Shown in pieces: positions 16,183 through 25,287 of a stretch of DNA of 39,904 nucleotides. Every line of letters starts with the position of its first letter. Position 1 is the first letter of the stretch. The notes under the pieces were generated by a model. The model was not told where the DNA came from and did not search any database. It saw only the letters and a program-made list of their open reading frames with translations. This DNA is from a virus (lineage: Duplodnaviria > Caudoviricetes). The DNA is taken from positions 1 to 39,904 of the IMG/VR virus record IMGVR_UViG_3300018481_000040; one strand, given 5' to 3'. The translations under genes were made by a program, and so were the position numbers.

Positions 16183-16266
16183 GGGCGTGGCTTCTCCTTG
16201 GTGGCGTGGTGGAGCGTGGGTTCGAGGGGCCGTACCGACCACGCCAGGCGGCCGGCCCCTCGATCG
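16183..16266 (-). promoter_or_regulatory. Stem-loop with potential pseudoknot between major tail and chaperone genes
   Basis: 11-bp stem 16222-16232/16253-16263; the loop GGCGTGGT is complementary to downstream ACCACGCC. Confidence 0.55.
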
Positions 16267-16803
16267 TCAGGAGCCGTCGCCGACGTTCGACTGCTCGACG
16301 AAGAGCACCGCCGGGGAGGTGCTGGTGTCGGGGAAGATCGTGGCGAGCAGCTCGTACCGGGTGAGGTCGCCCTCGTTGTCGACGATGTCGCCGGCGATCT
16401 CGACCTCGGCCTGGTACTTCGAGATGAGGCGCTTGACGGTGTCGCCCTCGCGCATCTCGAACCCGATCTTCACGCGGGCCGGCCGCGGGACGACCAGCTC
16501 GTCGGCGTCGGAGCCCGGCCAGATGAGGTCGCGGGTCGTGTCGTTGTCCTCGAGGGCGGTGAAGGTGATGGTCTGCTTGAAGTTGCGGCGCGAGGTGCGG
16601 ACGAGGATGCCGCCCCACGCGAAGTGGTCGTCCTTCTCCTCCTCTCGGGCCTGGGCGAACCCGGCCTCTCCGTCGAGGAGACCGACGAGGTCCCAGTCGA
16701 CTCCGAAGTCGTCGTCGACGGTGGATGGGTTGTCGGCATCGATGCCGCCGATGTAGACGTCGGCGTCGGGCCAGATGGTTGCGTTGCTCGGATCGCCGGA
16801 CAC
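16267..16803 (-). CDS. Major tail protein
   Basis: GDPSNATIWPDADVYIG...WDLVGLLDGEAGF...AWGGILVRTSRRNFKQTITFTALEDN; RBS AGGAGG. Confidence 0.92.
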   Translation of the reverse strand: MSGDPSNATIWPDADVYIGGIDADNPSTVDDDFGVDWDLVGLLDGEAGFAQAREEEKDDHFAWGGILVRTSRRNFKQTITFTALEDNDTTRDLIWPGSDADELVVPRPARVKIGFEMREGDTVKRLISKYQAEVEIAGDIVDNEGDLTRYELLATIFPDTSTSPAVLFVEQSNVGDGS

Positions 16804-16843
16804 GGCTGCCTCCTGGGGGCGTTGGGTTGGGTGGGGGGCGTGG

Positions 16844-17260
16844 CTACGAGCCGGTGGGCTCGATCTCGGTGGATCGGACGATCACGCGGGTGGTGGTCGA
16901 TGCGATCTCGGCGTTCGTTGATGGGTCGCGTGCGGGGAGCACGCCGGTGAGCGGAACGGTCGAGGCGATGCCTCCGCCGCCGGGGTGGGCGCAGAGGTGG
17001 CCTTGGGCTCGTGTGGCGAGCTCCTTGGCGGCGGTGGTGGAGCTGGCGCGGGCGACGAGCCGGACGGTGGGGTGGGCGGTGACCGGGTGATCGACCCGGG
17101 GGGTGCCGTCGAGGACGACCTGGACGTGGGGTGTGTCGCTCACGCCTGTCTCCCAGTCGGCGGGGACCTGGACGCCACAGTCGGCGTCGGGGATGAGCTC
17201 GTCGAGGTAGTCGACGACGAGGCGCTCGACGTCGGGGTACTGGACGGCGAGGCGGGTCAT
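16844..17260 (-). CDS. Tail terminator protein
   Basis: YPDVERLVVDYL...PHVQVVLDG; position before the major tail gene. Confidence 0.8.
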   Translation of the reverse strand: MTRLAVQYPDVERLVVDYLDELIPDADCGVQVPADWETGVSDTPHVQVVLDGTPRVDHPVTAHPTVRLVARASSTTAAKELATRAQGHLCAHPGGGGIASTVPLTGVLPARDPSTNAEIASTTTRVIVRSTEIEPTGS

Positions 17261-17544
17261 CGGTGGGTGACCTCGAGGCCCTGTGACGCCGCGGCGCGGG
17301 TGAGGATGCCGTCGCGGACCTGCCAGATGCGGCCGCGGGTGTCGCGGATGGTCACGGACGATGCGGCGCGGTCGGTGCGGTAGTCGTCCACCGCGACATC
17401 GGCCGCGTCCGCATCGGCAGGGAGGCGAGCGCCGACGTCAGTGGCGATCGCCACGGCGGTCTCGTGGACGGCGTTGGCGACCTCGGGCGAGTTGAGGATC
17501 TCAGCGATGCCTCGGTGGTCAAGCTCGATCGACGGTTGAGGCAC
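17257..17544 (-). CDS. Neck / tail-completion protein (HK97 gp10-like position)
   Basis: IELDHRGIAEILNSPEV...TDRAASSV...GILTRAA; position. Confidence 0.78.
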   Translation of the reverse strand: MPQPSIELDHRGIAEILNSPEVANAVHETAVAIATDVGARLPADADAADVAVDDYRTDRAASSVTIRDTRGRIWQVRDGILTRAAASQGLEVTHR

Positions 17545-18223
17545 CGCGCACCTCCTCGATCAGGGCGGCCATGACGGTCCGGGAGCGAGCGTTGGCGTAG
17601 CGCCGGCCGAGGGCCCGGTTCGCTGGGTTCCCGATGATGCGCGTGTGCCGGGGCTCAGCTGGATGCCAGAGGTGGACGAGGTCGGCACGGCCACGCCACG
17701 GGGACCCGACGAGCATGCGGAGTGCCCGCGCCCAGGCGGCGTCCTCTTGTCCCCATCCGACGAACCGCGGGTCGGGTGGAGCGGTGTCGAACGCCCCGGC
17801 GGCCAGCACCAGGAGGGTCCCGGCTTCGTGGCCCCGGTAGGGCCGTGAGTCCTGCGCGTTGTCGGTGGACAGGTTGAGGTCGTGCCAGTCTCGGCCGCCG
17901 AAGACGACGAGGGTGGAGGACTCGGCGAGGCGATGGATCAGCAGGTGCGGGATGGCCCATCCGCCGACCCGTTCGACGTGGTCGACAGCGTCACCGATGC
18001 CGTCGCACCAAGTGTCGGCGTCGGCGCAGACGAGGACGTCGGCGTCGGTCTTCGATCTGGCGTCGAGGAGGGCTTGGGTGCGGGAGAATCCTTCGACGTC
18101 GGCGGTGCCGGTGACGATCTCCCAGCCGGGGTGCACCTCCCGGTAGCGGTTCTGGACCCAGGCCCACGCCTTCTCGCGCCACGGGCAGCCGGGCTTCCAT
18201 GGAACGAGCACCGCGACGGTCAC
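17519..18223 (-). CDS. Glycosyltransferase (GT-A fold, GT2/galactosyltransferase-like)
   Basis: VAVLVPWK...FSRTQAL...VLVCADADT (DxD)...DPRFVGWGQEDAAW...LVHLWHP. Confidence 0.85.
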   Translation of the reverse strand: MTVAVLVPWKPGCPWREKAWAWVQNRYREVHPGWEIVTGTADVEGFSRTQALLDARSKTDADVLVCADADTWCDGIGDAVDHVERVGGWAIPHLLIHRLAESSTLVVFGGRDWHDLNLSTDNAQDSRPYRGHEAGTLLVLAAGAFDTAPPDPRFVGWGQEDAAWARALRMLVGSPWRGRADLVHLWHPAEPRHTRIIGNPANRALGRRYANARSRTVMAALIEEVRGASTVDRA

Positions 18224-18225
18224 GG

Positions 18226-19554
18226 TCAGTACCCCTTGCCGGTGCGTTCGCCGAAGTGGCGGACGATGGGCGGGTCGGCCGCCTTGCCGAGGTAACCGGC
18301 GGTGCGGCCGTCGGTGAGGACCCGGCGGGAGAATCGGTCCTCGGAGTGGGGGACGTTGGGCCAGTCGTGTTCGGTGAGGAACTGGCGCGTCGTGAGGTGG
18401 GGGTTGGTGGTGAAGAACCGGGTGTGGTCGCACCAGCCGTCGCGGTCGGTGAAGGCGGCGGGGTGCTGCTCCATGAACCCGCCGACCTTGAGCTCGGCGG
18501 GGAACCATGGTTGGCGCTTGAGGGCCAGCTGCGTGAGCTGCGGGTTGGCCCGGAGGATCGCTTGGGCGTGTTGGAGATCGATGGGCTGGTTGAACGTGAA
18601 GTCGTCCTCGAGCCAGAACACGAACGGGTGGCCGATGGCGATCGCGGCGTTGCGTCCGCGGGTGACGTTGGCGGCGAACCCGCCGGGCTTGCCGGTGATG
18701 ATCTCGAAGCCGGGGAAGGTGTGGCGGAGCCACGCCTGGTAGTCGATGTCGCTGGAGTCGTCGGAGATGATCCGGGTGGCGATGTCGCCCTTGAGGTTGG
18801 CTTCGGCGGATGGGATCGTCTCGGCGATGCAGCCCCGGCGGCCGTGGGTGACGACGACGAGGGTGATCCCGTCGGGTCTGCGGGTGACGAGCTCGGCCAT
18901 GGCGGCGGGGTCGAGGGTCGCCCAGTAGCGGTCGGCGAGGAGCTTGGACGCCTTGTAGAGGGGAGCCTTGGTGTCGCGCTCGGGTGAGTCGGGGTGCCAG
19001 AGGTGCCAGACGGTGCCGGGGGTCCGGTCGATGCCGCCGCCGAGCACGCGGCAGGCTTGGGCGAACGCGACGTCGTCGTGGCCCCAGCCGACGAACCGTT
19101 CGTCGAACCCGCCGACGGTGTCCCAGAGGCGACGGGGGACGGCGAGGATCGACGAGAGGTGGTCGGTCATCTTGTAGCGGGCGCCGGGTTCCCACGTGCC
19201 GGAGTGTCCGGCGAGGACCCGGTCGGTCATGCGGTGGTCGAGGTTGACGTAGCGGTCGAACGCGAGGGTGAGGCGGCCGGTGGTGTGAGCTGCGTCGATG
19301 GCGGCGGTGATCTGGTCGGGTTCGGCGACGACGTCGGAGTCGATGATGAGGGCGACGTCCCAGTCGCCGGCGGCCTGGGCGGCGGTGTTGATGGCGGTGG
19401 AGCGGTTGAAGGGGCCGTCGAGGTGTTCGCCTTCGTGGATCGGCCAGGCGAACCGGTCGCTCCACCAGGTGGAACAGAACGACCAGAGCTCGTCGCGCCT
19501 CCCGCCGTCTGGCCGGCGTGGGACGCAGATCGCTACCTGCAGCGGGCGAGCCAC
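18226..19554 (-). CDS. Two-domain glycosyltransferase (GT-A + GT-A)
   Basis: Domain 1: FNRSTAINTA, IIDSDV, VGGFDERFVGWGHDD, HLWHP. Domain 2: LVVVTHGR, IISDDS, FWLEDDF, FTTNPHL, HFGER. Confidence 0.88.
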   Translation of the reverse strand: MARPLQVAICVPRRPDGGRRDELWSFCSTWWSDRFAWPIHEGEHLDGPFNRSTAINTAAQAAGDWDVALIIDSDVVAEPDQITAAIDAAHTTGRLTLAFDRYVNLDHRMTDRVLAGHSGTWEPGARYKMTDHLSSILAVPRRLWDTVGGFDERFVGWGHDDVAFAQACRVLGGGIDRTPGTVWHLWHPDSPERDTKAPLYKASKLLADRYWATLDPAAMAELVTRRPDGITLVVVTHGRRGCIAETIPSAEANLKGDIATRIISDDSSDIDYQAWLRHTFPGFEIITGKPGGFAANVTRGRNAAIAIGHPFVFWLEDDFTFNQPIDLQHAQAILRANPQLTQLALKRQPWFPAELKVGGFMEQHPAAFTDRDGWCDHTRFFTTNPHLTTRQFLTEHDWPNVPHSEDRFSRRVLTDGRTAGYLGKAADPPIVRHFGERTGKGY

Positions 19555-20198
19555 CGCTCGTAGTCCCTGGGGTAGTCGAAGTCGTCGGTCTCGTCGTCGA
19601 TGATCGTCTGGCCGGGCGTGTCGACCAGGAGGTCGGGGTCGTCGAGGTCATCGTCGGCGAAGCCGAGCGTGGCGGCGTAGTGGGTGCGGATGTGGGTGGT
19701 GTGGAGGAGCCCGTCGCACCATCCCTGGAAGACCCGCGCGGCGCTCGCGCAAACCGAGTCGTGGTCGTGTGGCCAGAACGACACGGCGAAGGATTCGTCC
19801 CACTCGTGGCCGGTGATGGCCGAGGGCCCGGGCCGCCGGTAGTAGTGGACGCCGTCCGCGCCGTCGACGATCGTGGCCATGGCCTGCTCGGTGTAGAAGC
19901 AGTCGCCCCAGAGGAGCACCGTGCGGTCATCGGGAGCCCAGAGCCGGCGGGTGGCGAAGAACTTGTCCTGGTCGCAGCCAGTCGGCGCGGGGCGTTCGAG
20001 GGTGACGAGGAGAGCGCCGTCGACAGCGAAGGACTCGTCGGGGCCGACCACGACGGGTTCGATGCCGTGCTCGGCGAGGAGGCGGACGGTGCGGTGGAGC
20101 ACCGGTTCGCCGTCGACGACGCAGACGAGCTGCTTTGGGCCGCCGAGGTAGTTGTCCCACCGCCAGCCGTTGCCCTGGGCGAGGACCAGAGCCCTCAC
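19533..20198 (-). CDS. Nucleotidyltransferase (MobA/LicC/IspD-like NTP transferase fold)
   Basis: ALVLAQGNGWRW...PKQL...GEPVLHRTVRLL, LLWGDCFY, C-terminal DDFDYPRDY; start GTG 20198. Confidence 0.8.
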   Translation of the reverse strand: MRALVLAQGNGWRWDNYLGGPKQLVCVVDGEPVLHRTVRLLAEHGIEPVVVGPDESFAVDGALLVTLERPAPTGCDQDKFFATRRLWAPDDRTVLLWGDCFYTEQAMATIVDGADGVHYYRRPGPSAITGHEWDESFAVSFWPHDHDSVCASAARVFQGWCDGLLHTTHIRTHYAATLGFADDDLDDPDLLVDTPGQTIIDDETDDFDYPRDYERWLARCR

Positions 20199-20791
20199 TT
20201 GGGCTTCCACAGGTGGGGATGCACGAGGTGGGGGCAGCGGTCGAGGGGGAGATCGTGGCGGCCGAAGATGAGGAGGTTCTGGCGGTACCAGGGTTCGATG
20301 CGGTCGTCGTCCCAGAGCTCGAGGCGGAGGGCGCCGGAGCCGGGGAAGCCGTGGGTGGCGAAGCGTTCGGCCCAGTAGGCGGGGGGCTGTTCGTTGACGT
20401 GGCCGGTGCCCCCTTGGCCGGGGATCGCAGCTGAGAAGGCGACGGTGGGGGCGAGGGTGCAGAGCCAGGCGACGAGCCGGTCGGCGTAGCGGGGGGTGAC
20501 GTGCTCGGCGACCTCGAGGCACACGGCCAGGTCGTGAGCACCGAGGTCGGGGTAGGGCGGCCGGGAGAAGTCGACGTGGACGACGCCTTCGACCCAGGGT
20601 CCATCGACGCGCGTGGTGGTCGCGCCGAGGGCCTCGAAGGCGTCGGCGAACCATCCTTCACCGGCGCCGACATCGATCACGGTCGTCGGGTGGAACAGGT
20701 CGACGAGCCGGGGAGCGAGCACCGCAGCGGAGGACTGCGCGCCGGCCCGGACCCGTTCGCGCCACCGGTCGGAGTAGAGCCGGCTGGTCAC
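20195..20791 (-). CDS. Class I SAM-dependent methyltransferase (non-DNA, glycan-type)
   Basis: VIDVGAGEG, DLAVCLEVAEH, FSAAIPGQGGTGHVNEQPPAYW; start GTG 20791. Confidence 0.88.
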   Translation of the reverse strand: MTSRLYSDRWRERVRAGAQSSAAVLAPRLVDLFHPTTVIDVGAGEGWFADAFEALGATTTRVDGPWVEGVVHVDFSRPPYPDLGAHDLAVCLEVAEHVTPRYADRLVAWLCTLAPTVAFSAAIPGQGGTGHVNEQPPAYWAERFATHGFPGSGALRLELWDDDRIEPWYRQNLLIFGRHDLPLDRCPHLVHPHLWKPK

Positions 20792-21123
20792 CCTGCCGCT
20801 CGCTTCAAGGCGACCTCGAGGCCGGCTTCCCAGCCGGTGTGGTGGTGCTTCCACTGTCCGGGATCGCCATCGAGGTCGTACAGCACGCCGTCGACTTCGA
20901 CCTGGTCGATGTGCTGGAGGTCAGTGCCATACGGCGCGATCAGCGTGAGGCCGACGATGACGCCGGAGCGACCGCGTTCGTCGACGTCGGCCGAACTGCG
21001 GGGGTAGACGGAGGCGCCCTCGATCGTGAGCCGGGCGGGCTCGTCGTCGCTGGGGTCGCCGTAGCGGTCGTGCGTGGGCGCCTCGCGGCGTAGGCGGACG
21101 ACGGTGGCGTTGCCTACGGCCAC
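20788..21123 (-). CDS. Head-to-tail stopper
   Basis: DRYGDP...DQVEVDGVLYDLDGDPGQW...VALKRAAG. Confidence 0.88.
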   Translation of the reverse strand: MAVGNATVVRLRREAPTHDRYGDPSDDEPARLTIEGASVYPRSSADVDERGRSGVIVGLTLIAPYGTDLQHIDQVEVDGVLYDLDGDPGQWKHHHTGWEAGLEVALKRAAG

Positions 21124-21569
21124 AGGGAGAAGGGGTCCTCGGCTTCGACGAGCCCGTCCCAGGTGTCGCAGCGGACGGAGGGGGTCTCCATCGGGCCGCG
21201 GGTGGTCTGGATGACGCCGATGCCGGGCGAGTCGAGAGCGTGACGGATGACGAGCTTGTCAGCCGCGGTGAGGTAGATGCGCGCCGCGGCGTCGGCACCG
21301 AACGAGCGGGCGAACGGGCCAGCGGACTCTTGGGTGACGCCGTCGGGGTTGCGCGACGCGCGCTCAACCATGCCGACGACGACGCCGGGGATCTGGCCGG
21401 GGACGCCGGCAAGCTCGTCTCCGTCGTCGTTGAGCCAGTCGGTTCGGGCGTAGGCCCGCACGAGCTCCGACGCCTGTTCGAGGCGGCCGTCGGCCTGGGC
21501 CGGGTTGGCGATGGTCGCGCCGAGGAGGCGCTCGAGGTCATCGACTGTCGCGAGTGCGGGTCGGGCCAC
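21114..21569 (-). CDS. Head-to-tail adaptor
   Basis: ATVDDLERLLG...VVGMVERASRNPDGVTQESAGPF...IYLTAAD. Confidence 0.88.
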   Translation of the reverse strand: MARPALATVDDLERLLGATIANPAQADGRLEQASELVRAYARTDWLNDDGDELAGVPGQIPGVVVGMVERASRNPDGVTQESAGPFARSFGADAAARIYLTAADKLVIRHALDSPGIGVIQTTRGPMETPSVRCDTWDGLVEAEDPFSLWP

Positions 21570-21601
21570 GAGCGCCTCCCTTCGGCGTTAGCTCAGTTGC
21601 T

Positions 21602-22552
21602 CTAGGAGCCGCTGAGGGTGAGCTTGACGGCGCGCACGAGGATCGGCTCGTCCTCGCCGTCCACCGAGGCGACGAACCGCCCGTCCTCGTCGATCGTCCC
21701 GGAGTCGAGCGTCGTGCTCGTGCCCATGAACGTGTCGGTGAGGAGCCGGTCGACGGGGCCGCCGGAGCCGGTCGGGTCGTAGTCGCGCAGGGTCCGGAGC
21801 TGGAGGCCCCGGTAGGTGCGCTTCTCGCCCCAGGATGCGCCGGCGGGGATGTCGGGTGCGACGAGCGCGAGCGGGAACGCCGTGATGTGCGCCGCGATCG
21901 CGATGTCGGGGTCGAGGCCGATGGCCGTGACCGCGGTGAACCCCGCGATGCGGCCGATGATCGCCTCGCGGAGCGCCTCGCTCGAACCGGACGTGTCGAA
22001 CTTCGAGAGGCGGTCCGACTTGAGGATGGCGCCCTCCACGTTCGACCCCACGGCGAGGAACCGCTGCGACGCGGGCACGCTGTGGTTGTTGAGCGCGAGG
22101 CGGGCGTCGACGAGCCCGAGGTACGGGTCGTTCTCGTCGAGGTCGACCGTGACCTCCGGGGTGGCGGCCGCCATCTCGGTGCCGACGAGGGAGTCGACCT
22201 TGCGCACGACGCCACCCATCGCCGGGGCGGTGACCTGCTCCCCGAAGTTGGTGATGTCGAGGGTCATCTCCTCGTCAGACACGCCGATCGCCTTGTAGAC
22301 GTGGGTGTCGAGGGTCACGTTGACCGAGGTCTCCGTGAGCTCGTCCACCGTGATCGCGCCGCCGCTCCGCATGGTGCGGGTCCGGGCCTCGGTGAACGCG
22401 GGCACCTTGAGGGTGACGGTGTCGTCCTTCGCCCCCTTGAAGCGATCGGCGCCGAGATCACGCCACGTGAACTGCGCGAGCACGGTGTCTCGCTCCAGGA
22501 CGCCGAGCATCTGCGCGACGACCTGTTCTGCCTTGATGAACTCGTTGGCCAC
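21602..22552 (-). CDS. Major capsid protein
   Basis: MANEFIKAEQV...FKGAKDDTVTLKVP; after the scaffold gene; strong RBS AAGGAGG. Confidence 0.92.
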   Translation of the reverse strand: MANEFIKAEQVVAQMLGVLERDTVLAQFTWRDLGADRFKGAKDDTVTLKVPAFTEARTRTMRSGGAITVDELTETSVNVTLDTHVYKAIGVSDEEMTLDITNFGEQVTAPAMGGVVRKVDSLVGTEMAAATPEVTVDLDENDPYLGLVDARLALNNHSVPASQRFLAVGSNVEGAILKSDRLSKFDTSGSSEALREAIIGRIAGFTAVTAIGLDPDIAIAAHITAFPLALVAPDIPAGASWGEKRTYRGLQLRTLRDYDPTGSGGPVDRLLTDTFMGTSTTLDSGTIDEDGRFVASVDGEDEPILVRAVKLTLSGS

Positions 22553-22615
22553 GGGAACCTCCTTGGGTTCGAGGGTGGACCGCTGGCGGCTCCGTGGCCG
22601 GTGCCGTGCGGCAGG

Positions 22616-23116
22616 TCAGAAGCGCGGGACGTTCGCGGCGAGCTTCGACGGGTCGGTCTCGACTGCTTCCTCGGTGGTGGGGTCGCCTCCGCCGCGGAGA
22701 TCGGGCTTCGGCTGGCGCGACGGCGGGCCGCCCTTGCGGGTGGTCTCCTCCGTGCTGCTGACGGGGAACGCCTCGAGGATCTCGTCGGCATCAGCCTCGA
22801 GCTCCTCACGGCTGGAGCCGGCCAGGCGCTTGGCCTGCGCGGCGGTGAGCCCCTTCGCCGTGGCCACCTCGGCACGCAACGCGCGGGCTTCGGCGGTCTC
22901 GGACGTCTTGGTGAGCTCCTCGACCTTCTTGGTGAGCTTGTCGATGGCGCTCGTGCTCTCCGCCTCCTGAGCGTCGAGCTTCTCGGCCTTGGCCTTGAGC
23001 TCGTCGTAGTCGGCGTACTTCTTCCGCTCCTGCGCGAGGCGGGTCTCGATGTGTCGATCGAGATCCTCTTGCGTGAAGCTCTTGTCGCCCGTGGGGGTGG
23101 GCTCTTCCTTGGCCAC
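22616..23116 (-). CDS. Scaffolding protein
   Basis: FTQEDLDRHIETRLAQERKKYADYDELKAKA...LAGSSREELEADADEIL; start GTG 23116. Confidence 0.9.
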   Translation of the reverse strand: MAKEEPTPTGDKSFTQEDLDRHIETRLAQERKKYADYDELKAKAEKLDAQEAESTSAIDKLTKKVEELTKTSETAEARALRAEVATAKGLTAAQAKRLAGSSREELEADADEILEAFPVSSTEETTRKGGPPSRQPKPDLRGGGDPTTEEAVETDPSKLAANVPRF

Positions 23117-23186
23117 GGTGGGCCTCCCTTGCTCCGGCCGTTTGGGCGCTGGCCGTTGGCGCATCCCCGCGTGCGCGGGTGGATCG

Positions 23187-23903
23187 TCAGGAGGCGAGGA
23201 GGCGCCGCATGTTGGCGAGGGTGTCGCCGCCAGCTGCCTTGGCTTCCTGGTAGAGCTGGGCGTACCGCTCGGAGCCGGCGGGGAGCGCCGAGTCGGGGCG
23301 GTAGATCGGTTCGGCGTTGCACGAGCAGTGGTCGTGCGCTTGGAAGTCGACGGTGTCTTCGCGGTACACGGCGCCGCGGGAGGCGAGCGTGGCGCAGAAG
23401 GCGCATGCGGATCCTGATGCAGCGCGGGCCCAGCCGACGGCGTCACGGTCAGCGCGGACCATCTCGACGATCGTCTCGCGGCCGCCGTTGAGCGCGAGGC
23501 GCATCGCGGCGGACGCTGAGGTGGCCTCGGCCGTGCTGAGTGCTCGGACGAGCGGGACGCCGCGCGCCAGGGCGGACCGCAGTCGGTAGGGGCCGGTGAC
23601 GAGGAGCGACGTCGTGACCTGGGCGGTGGGGAGGGACTCGGCCAGGACGATCGGAGCGGGGACGCCGGTCTCGAGCGTCTTGAGCGTGGTCGTGTAGTTG
23701 GCGGCGAGACGGGCCGAGCTCGTGCGCTGTGCTCGGACGATCGGGACGGCGGCGGAGAGCCACCGGTCGAAGCTGCCGTCGAGGTTCGTTGGGTCCAGGA
23801 GTGGCCAGAGGGTCCGCATCCGGGCGACGGTGCGTGCGCCGAGCCGGGCCTGGGCGAGGCGGTGGGCTTCGGTGAGCCGGCGTCCTTGGACGGTGGCAGC
23901 CAC
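23187..23903 (-). CDS. MuF-like / capsid maturation protein
   Basis: VGWARAASGSACAFCATLASRGAVY...FQAHDHCSCNAEP. Confidence 0.85.
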   Translation of the reverse strand: MAATVQGRRLTEAHRLAQARLGARTVARMRTLWPLLDPTNLDGSFDRWLSAAVPIVRAQRTSSARLAANYTTTLKTLETGVPAPIVLAESLPTAQVTTSLLVTGPYRLRSALARGVPLVRALSTAEATSASAAMRLALNGGRETIVEMVRADRDAVGWARAASGSACAFCATLASRGAVYREDTVDFQAHDHCSCNAEPIYRPDSALPAGSERYAQLYQEAKAAGGDTLANMRRLLAS

Positions 23904-25271
23904 CTAGGTCAGCTGGGGTTCGAGACCGGCCTCGAGGCGCTCGAGCAGCGCATCCATGCCGCCCTGGGCTTCGAGGCGGGCCTTGGCCTCGTCGACGTCC
24001 TGCTTCGAGAACCCGGGGACCTTGGCCCAGAGGAGCTCGGGCGGGAACCCGAGCATCTGCGCCAGCTTCCCGAGGGCGTCGACGGCCTGAGCGAGCGATC
24101 GGATCGAGGTGTCGGCCCAGCGGACCTCGGCCATGAAGTCCGCCGCGCCGTCCGCGTTGCCGGCGAGGTGCTCGGCCAGGCGAAGGAGCTGCTCGTGGGT
24201 CTCCCCGATGGTGTGCTTGGTCTCGCCCGACTTGGCGGTCTGCGATGACTTCGCGGCGGCCAGGGCCTCAGCGCTCATGTTGGACATCTGGCCGAGGAGC
24301 TCGAACGCGGGGGTCTGAGAGACGGCGGCGAGGTCGGTGAGGTCGCGCTCCTCGCCCTTGATGAACCCGTCGAGCGGGGTGGCGGGCAGCGATCCGAACT
24401 GGGTGTCCTTGTCCGGCGCGGTGAGGATGTCTTGCGCCTGGAGCCGCATGAGCGCGGTGGGGACGGTGACGCCGGCCTCGTCGGCGGACTTCGAGAGGTC
24501 CATGCCGGCGATCGTGCGCACGACCCACGATGCGAAGCGCTGCACGACGAGCCGGTCGAACACGGTCTGGTCGATCCGGCCGAGGAGCGGGATGAACGGC
24601 TCGACCTCTCCGCAGGAGCGGCCCTCGAGATCGAAGCGGTTGGTGTACCGGACGACCGGGCAGACACCGGCGCCGTGTGCGGACTCGCTCCGGTGGGTGG
24701 GCTTCGTGTCGAGCCCCGAGGCGACGAGGGTGTGCTCGAGCTCGTCGTCGAACACGCGGAACTCGAAGGTCCCGTTCTTCTTCTTGCGGACCTTCCCGGC
24801 GACGTAGGGCCACTCGTCGGCGGCTGGGTCCTCGTAGAGGGCGATCATGTCGCGGGGCGAGACGCCGCGCATGGCCGGCATCGGGTCGCCGCTGAGGGTC
24901 TTGCCGGGGAGGCAGGTGGCGTAGGAGATCCCGTACTGCAGGGTCGCTCGATGGACTGCGACCTGGCGGCCGTCCCAGCCGTTGGCCTGCCAGATGCGCC
25001 AGGCGGTCGCGTCGTCGGGTTCCTCGGGGCGGCGGTACCCCTCGACGTAGAGCGTCTGCGCGACCGAGGTGACGATGAGCGCACCCCACGGGGCCTGCGA
25101 GCGCGCGGCGAGCTCCTTGTATTCCGGGGTGGCGGCGCGCGGCTTGTGTGGGGCGTCGTGGTCCCAACGTGCCCATCGGTCGATGCGGTCGAGGCGCTGA
25201 CGTTCCTTCCGCCACTCGGGGATGATCTCGTCGGCCACGATGGCGGCGACGTCGGACTTGGTCATCGCCAC
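23904..25271 (-). CDS. Portal protein (SPP1 gp6-like)
   Basis: 455 aa after the terminase; AWRIWQANG, HGAGVCPVVRY, NMSAEAL, VRWADT. Confidence 0.92.
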   Translation of the reverse strand: MAMTKSDVAAIVADEIIPEWRKERQRLDRIDRWARWDHDAPHKPRAATPEYKELAARSQAPWGALIVTSVAQTLYVEGYRRPEEPDDATAWRIWQANGWDGRQVAVHRATLQYGISYATCLPGKTLSGDPMPAMRGVSPRDMIALYEDPAADEWPYVAGKVRKKKNGTFEFRVFDDELEHTLVASGLDTKPTHRSESAHGAGVCPVVRYTNRFDLEGRSCGEVEPFIPLLGRIDQTVFDRLVVQRFASWVVRTIAGMDLSKSADEAGVTVPTALMRLQAQDILTAPDKDTQFGSLPATPLDGFIKGEERDLTDLAAVSQTPAFELLGQMSNMSAEALAAAKSSQTAKSGETKHTIGETHEQLLRLAEHLAGNADGAADFMAEVRWADTSIRSLAQAVDALGKLAQMLGFPPELLWAKVPGFSKQDVDEAKARLEAQGGMDALLERLEAGLEPQLT

Positions 25272-25287
25272 GGTGCCGTCACCTCCC

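Noticed and set aside
21582-21663. tRNA-like stretch (GGCGTTAGCTCAGTTG...GAGC...CGCCGTCCA)
   Set aside because: It has a D-arm look-alike, but no TTC T-loop, a poor anticodon stem and only 5 acceptor pairs. It is mostly antisense to the capsid gene end.
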